Shown one piece after another: positions 60,001 through 64,000 of a DNA stretch of 64,000 nucleotides (positions are counted from its first letter, which is position 1; every line of letters begins with the position of its first letter). Source of the DNA: an uncultured Pelagibacteraceae bacterium (GTDB lineage Bacteria; Pseudomonadota; Alphaproteobacteria; Pelagibacterales; Pelagibacteraceae); NCBI GenBank assembly GCA_902614055.1, contig CACMJX010000001.1, positions 189,189 through 253,188 of the forward strand, written 5' to 3'. The position numbers and the translations under genes are program-made. The notes below the pieces were generated by a model. The model saw nothing but the letters and a program-made list of their open reading frames with translations. It did not search any database and had not been told where the DNA came from.

Positions 60001-61158
60001 ATGAATAAGGTTTTTAAAATTGGTTTAATAGGTTGTGGACATATCGCTGAAACATATTTTAGAGCTGAAAAATATTTCAATAATATTAAAATTGTTAAAT
60101 GTGCAGATATTAATTTGAAAGCTGCAAAACGTTGTGCATTAAACTATGGAATAAAATTTTTAACTGTAAATGAACTGCTAAAAGATAAAGAGGTTGAAAT
60201 TATTTTAAACCTTACAATTCCAAAAGCGCATTATTCAATATCTAAAAATGCTTTAACAAATGGAAAACATGTATACTCTGAAAAGCCATTAGCAATAAAT
60301 TTAAAAGATGGAAAAGATTTAATAAATTTATCAAAGAAAAAAAAATTATATTTAGGTAATGCTCCTGATACATTTTTGGGTGGTGGAATTCAAAAATCAA
60401 AAGAACTAGTTGAAAAAAACATAATTGGAAAAATTAAATTAGGCAATGCAGTTTTTGCTTTTCCTGGCATTGAGTCTTATCACCCAAACCCTGAACCTTG
60501 GTTTGCAAAAAATGAGGGAGGTCCCGTTATTGATATGGGACCGTATTATATTACTGCTTTAGTAAATCTGTTAGGACCTGCAAAAAAAGTAACTAGCACC
60601 ATCATTCAAGGACAAAAATATAGGACAATTGGAATAGGACCAAAAAAAGGAAAAAAATTTAAAGTAGAATGTCCAACTACTTATTTATCTACAATTACTT
60701 TTAAAAATAACTCCGTTATAAGATTAACATTATCATTTGATGTAATAGCTCATCAAAGAAACCACATTGAATTATATGGAGAAAAGGGTTCAATTATTGT
60801 TCCTGACCCAAATATGTTCGGTGGATCAGTGTTAACCTGTAATAAATTAGGTGAAAATTGGAAAGAATATAAGACTACAAAAATGCCTTTGGGACGTATT
60901 AATATTAGAACACAAAGTTCTAGAGCTAACGAAGCACCAACTAATGCAAACTACCGAGGAGCAGGATTATCTGAAATGGCATATTCAATTGAGAATAAAA
61001 AAAAACATTTATGTAATGGTGAGATATCTTTACATGTATTAGAAATTATAACTTCTATTATGAAAGCAGCAAAATCTGGAACATCTGTGTCAATTAATAC
61101 AAACTGTGCAAAACCAAAAAAGTTTTTAGAAATAGATGCAAAGAATTTACTTAAATAA
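60001..61158 (+). CDS. Gfo/Idh/MocA family oxidoreductase
   Basis: IGCG.I...Y, NLTIP.AH, SEKP, APDTFLG, GGP..DMGPYY, PDPN.FGG. Confidence 0.9.
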   Translation: MNKVFKIGLIGCGHIAETYFRAEKYFNNIKIVKCADINLKAAKRCALNYGIKFLTVNELLKDKEVEIILNLTIPKAHYSISKNALTNGKHVYSEKPLAINLKDGKDLINLSKKKKLYLGNAPDTFLGGGIQKSKELVEKNIIGKIKLGNAVFAFPGIESYHPNPEPWFAKNEGGPVIDMGPYYITALVNLLGPAKKVTSTIIQGQKYRTIGIGPKKGKKFKVECPTTYLSTITFKNNSVIRLTLSFDVIAHQRNHIELYGEKGSIIVPDPNMFGGSVLTCNKLGENWKEYKTTKMPLGRINIRTQSSRANEAPTNANYRGAGLSEMAYSIENKKKHLCNGEISLHVLEIITSIMKAAKSGTSVSINTNCAKPKKFLEIDAKNLLK

Positions 61159-61165
61159 ATTGACA

Positions 61166-62188
61166 GTGAAGAAACATATAGTTATTTCTGATCCATTTCC
61201 AAGAAGATTAGATTTAATTTTTTCAAAAAAAAAACTTAAGGAATTAAAATCAAAATACAAAATAATATCAGCTCCTAAGTTAAATAAAAAAGATTTTTAT
61301 GAAAAAAATATTCATAAAGCTACTTTTATAATGGGTCAACCAGATCTGGATAAAAATCTTTTGTCAAAAGCTTCTAAGTTGAAATGTATTATAAATGTCG
61401 AAAGTAATTTTATAGATAATATTGACTATGATTATTGCTTCAAAAAAAAAATTGATGTCATCGCTACATCACCTGTTTTTGCAAAGCCTGTTGCTGAAAT
61501 AGCCTTAGGTATGACTTTGTCTATTTTAAGAAATATTCATAATGCTCATATTGATTTTGTAAAAGGTAAAGAAAAATATGGTTTAAAGAGTAATTTGAAT
61601 GCTTCCCTATTGGCAAATAAAAAAATTGGTTTACTTGGTTTTGGAGATTTGGCTAAGGCACTTTACCCATTACTGCTACCATTTACAAAAAATATAAATG
61701 TTTATGACCCCTGGGTCCCAAATAAAATAATTAAAAAAGCTGGATTTAAGTCTATTAATTTAAATAAAATGTTTAGTGATTGTGAGATTATTTATGTTCT
61801 AGCAACTATCACAACTAAAAACAAAAACTTAATAAACAAAAAATTATTAAATAAAATGAAACCTAAATCAGTTTTTGTTTTAATGAGTAGAGCAGCAATC
61901 GTTAATTTTGTGGACCTAAAAAAAAGAATTAAAAAGGGAGATATATATGTCGCAACAGATGTATTTCCTGAAGAACCTGTAAAAAAAAATGATCCAATTA
62001 GAAAGCTTAAAAATATATTGTTTTCAGCTCATAGAGCTGGAGCTTTAGAACAGGCTTTTTTTGATATGGGCGACATTGTTCTAAAAGATATGAACTTAAT
62101 TTTAAAAAAAATGCCTCCAAAATTCTGCAAAAGGGCTCAAAGAAAAACGGTAAATCTGTTAGCCTCAAAACCTGTTGCAATTAACTGA
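61166..62188 (+). CDS. D-2-hydroxyacid dehydrogenase family protein
   Basis: DP.PR..DLIF, VAE.ALG, GFGDL, YDPW, catalytic R/E/H in SRAA, DVFPEEP, SAHRAG; start is GTG 61166 or ATG 61136. Confidence 0.85.
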   Translation: MKKHIVISDPFPRRLDLIFSKKKLKELKSKYKIISAPKLNKKDFYEKNIHKATFIMGQPDLDKNLLSKASKLKCIINVESNFIDNIDYDYCFKKKIDVIATSPVFAKPVAEIALGMTLSILRNIHNAHIDFVKGKEKYGLKSNLNASLLANKKIGLLGFGDLAKALYPLLLPFTKNINVYDPWVPNKIIKKAGFKSINLNKMFSDCEIIYVLATITTKNKNLINKKLLNKMKPKSVFVLMSRAAIVNFVDLKKRIKKGDIYVATDVFPEEPVKKNDPIRKLKNILFSAHRAGALEQAFFDMGDIVLKDMNLILKKMPPKFCKRAQRKTVNLLASKPVAIN

Positions 62189-62210
62189 TTTTTTTATATT
62201 TTCTTCACTT

Positions 62211-62960
62211 ATGTCATCGATTAATCAATTACTTCTAGAAGCAAAAAGTGTAACAAAATACTTTGGAACGATAACAGCTCTAGAGAATGTCAATTTAAAG
62301 ATACATGCAGGAGAATGTCTTGGTGTTGTGGGTGATAATGGAGCTGGCAAATCAACTTTAATGAAGGTTTTATCAGGGCTATACAAACCAAGTGCAGGCT
62401 CATTATTCTTTGATGGTAAAGAGAAGATTTTAGAAAGCCCTAAAGACTCTCAAAATTTAGGTCTAGAAATGGTTTATCAAGACTTGGCATTAGCTGGAAA
62501 TCTTCCAATAGGTGAAAATATTTTTTTAGGACGTGAACCAACTAAAAATCTTGGACTACTTAAATTTCTAGATTATAAAAAAATTAAAGAACTTACTGAT
62601 GCGCATCTTGGTAAATTAAAAATTAATGTCAAAAGTGCTGATCAAAAAGTAGAAGAACTTTCAGGTGGTCAAAGGCAAGCAGTTGCAATTGCAAGATCAA
62701 CAGCATTTAATGCTAAAGTTGTAATAATGGATGAACCAACTGCTGCACTTGCAATTAAAGAAGTTGGTAAAGTTTTAGACCTTATAAATAGTTTAAAACA
62801 AACAGGTGTTGGAGTAATAGTTATTAGTCATAGAATGGATGATATTTTTGCCGTGTGTGATCGTGTGATGGCCTTATTCCAAGGAACAAATTTTGCAGAA
62901 TCTGAATTATCTAAAACTTCAAGAGATGAAGTAATAGGTTGGATTATGGGTAAAAAATAA
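62211..62960 (+). CDS. Sugar ABC transporter ATP-binding protein (CUT2, single domain)
   Basis: GDNGAGKST, VYQDLAL, LSGGQRQAVAIAR, MDEPTAAL; start moved to ATG 62211. Confidence 0.93.
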   Translation: MSSINQLLLEAKSVTKYFGTITALENVNLKIHAGECLGVVGDNGAGKSTLMKVLSGLYKPSAGSLFFDGKEKILESPKDSQNLGLEMVYQDLALAGNLPIGENIFLGREPTKNLGLLKFLDYKKIKELTDAHLGKLKINVKSADQKVEELSGGQRQAVAIARSTAFNAKVVIMDEPTAALAIKEVGKVLDLINSLKQTGVGVIVISHRMDDIFAVCDRVMALFQGTNFAESELSKTSRDEVIGWIMGKK

Positions 62961-62962
62961 TT

Positions 62963-63976
62963 ATGGAAAATAAAGATCAAGAAAAAAATTCACTGTATTT
63001 AAAAATAATGCCATACCTTGAAAAGTATGGAATATTATTACTACTGGTAATAATGATTGTAGTAATGCACTTCCTTCAGCCAGATGTTTTCTTGTCTTGG
63101 AGAAATGTTACCAATGTATTCAAACAAATTTCTTGGCAATCGATGTTAGCATTAGGTGTGTTTATGGTCATAGTCACAGCAGGGATTGATCTATCGGTTG
63201 GATCAATAATGATGTTGTCGTTAATGATTCTTGCAATAGTTGCTAAAGCAGGGGCGCCTTGGTACATAGTTGTAATAACGCCTTTGATTGCAGGATTTCT
63301 ATGTGGTCTATTTAATGGATTAGGAATAACCCTACTGAGGATGCCTCATCCTTTCATAATGACTTTAGGAACATTGTATATCTTTAGAGGTACAGGAAAT
63401 TTAATTTCAGGTGGAACGCCAATAAGTGGTTTTACAGACGAAGTTAGATATCTTGGTCATGGACGGATTGATTTAACTTGGCTTGGTTTAGAAAAATCAC
63501 AATATTTACCAGTCAGTTTAGTTCTCATTGCAATTGTTTATATAATTTTTTGGATATTTATGAATAAAACTCGAACAGGAAAATGGATTTATGCAATTGG
63601 AGGAAATCCTAATGCTGCAAGAGCCTCTGGAATAAACGTTAATAAAATTCTTGTAATAGTTTACTCACTTTGTGGGTTTTTATCTGGAATTGGAGCACTT
63701 ATTTTAGCTGGACGAACAGACTCTGGATATCCAAACGCTGGATTACAATCTGAGTTAGATGCAATAGCAGCATGCATTATTGGTGGAGCGAGTTTTTTTG
63801 GAGGAAGAGGTACAGTTCTTGGAGTTTTTGCAGGTGTAATGATCATGGGTATTTTAAGAAATGGTCTTAATTTGATGGATGTAAGTTCATTTTGGCAACA
63901 GGTTCTAATCGGATCCATTATAGTATTAGCGGTATATATCGACGTTCTTAGAAGAGATCTTGGGACAAGAAAATAG
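62963..63976 (+). CDS. Sugar ABC transporter permease (RbsC-like)
   Basis: GIDLSVGS, PFIMTLG, YAIGGN..AA.ASG, ELDAIAA..IGG. Confidence 0.95.
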   Translation: MENKDQEKNSLYLKIMPYLEKYGILLLLVIMIVVMHFLQPDVFLSWRNVTNVFKQISWQSMLALGVFMVIVTAGIDLSVGSIMMLSLMILAIVAKAGAPWYIVVITPLIAGFLCGLFNGLGITLLRMPHPFIMTLGTLYIFRGTGNLISGGTPISGFTDEVRYLGHGRIDLTWLGLEKSQYLPVSLVLIAIVYIIFWIFMNKTRTGKWIYAIGGNPNAARASGINVNKILVIVYSLCGFLSGIGALILAGRTDSGYPNAGLQSELDAIAACIIGGASFFGGRGTVLGVFAGVMIMGILRNGLNLMDVSSFWQQVLIGSIIVLAVYIDVLRRDLGTRK

Positions 63977-64000
63977 CACACTTAATAGTTGTAATTGAAA

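Noticed and set aside
513-63981. Short ORFs in the track that overlap real genes (e.g. 513-698, 2551-2781, 11695-12006, 27454-27756, 43047-43364, 45779-46279, 55138-55659, 63661-63981)
   Set aside because: They are antisense or alternate-frame shadows of well-supported genes, with Ser/Ile/Phe-rich composition and no motifs.
1-64000. rRNA, tRNA, CRISPR arrays, IS elements, prophage or defence genes
   Set aside because: No intergenic space or sequence signature for any of these was recognised by eye; tRNAscan and Infernal scans would be needed to exclude small RNAs formally.

Overview
Very AT-rich, densely packed chromosomal segment with tiny intergenic gaps and many overlapping genes. Gene order and protein sequences point to a streamlined marine alphaproteobacterium, most likely SAR11/'Candidatus Pelagibacter' (inference). 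Bases 1-47161 are core genome: MMPL transporter (partial), dnaB-rplI-rpsR-rpsF, fabD-fabG-acpP-gmk, rsmA-pdxA-surA-lptD-lptG-lptF, pepA-ndk, purN-purM, hda-like, aspS, a stand-alone NrdJ C-terminal fragment, accC-accB-aroQ, thiS-thiG, rne, mrcA, frameshifted prfB, a YhdP/AsmA-like protein, tyrS, anmK, iscR-sufBCDSU-sufT-sufA, glnA, ybaK-like and a DMT transporter. Bases 47174-63976 are an accessory inositol/cyclitol catabolic cluster: iolG, iolE, iolD, two more Gfo/Idh/MocA dehydrogenases and a sugar ABC transporter. No iolB, iolC or iolA appears within the window. Between iolE and iolD sits an unusual 7.8 kb cassette: a eukaryote-type DUF1907/C11orf54 homolog, a PanB paralog lacking its metal-binding motifs, a PanE-like reductase, two Fe(II)/2OG dioxygenases, an HpcH aldolase, a semialdehyde dehydrogenase and a 2-hydroxyacid dehydrogenase. 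This cassette is the best candidate for an undescribed pathway. Other notable points are an uncalled 45-aa basic ORF behind glnA, an RNase E without the Zn-link, a prfB frameshift site with UGA-A context, a strong IscR type-1 operator and about 128-aa tandem modules in the AsmA-like protein. No rRNA, tRNA, CRISPR or mobile element was recognised. All family calls come from motif recognition by eye; no database search was run.
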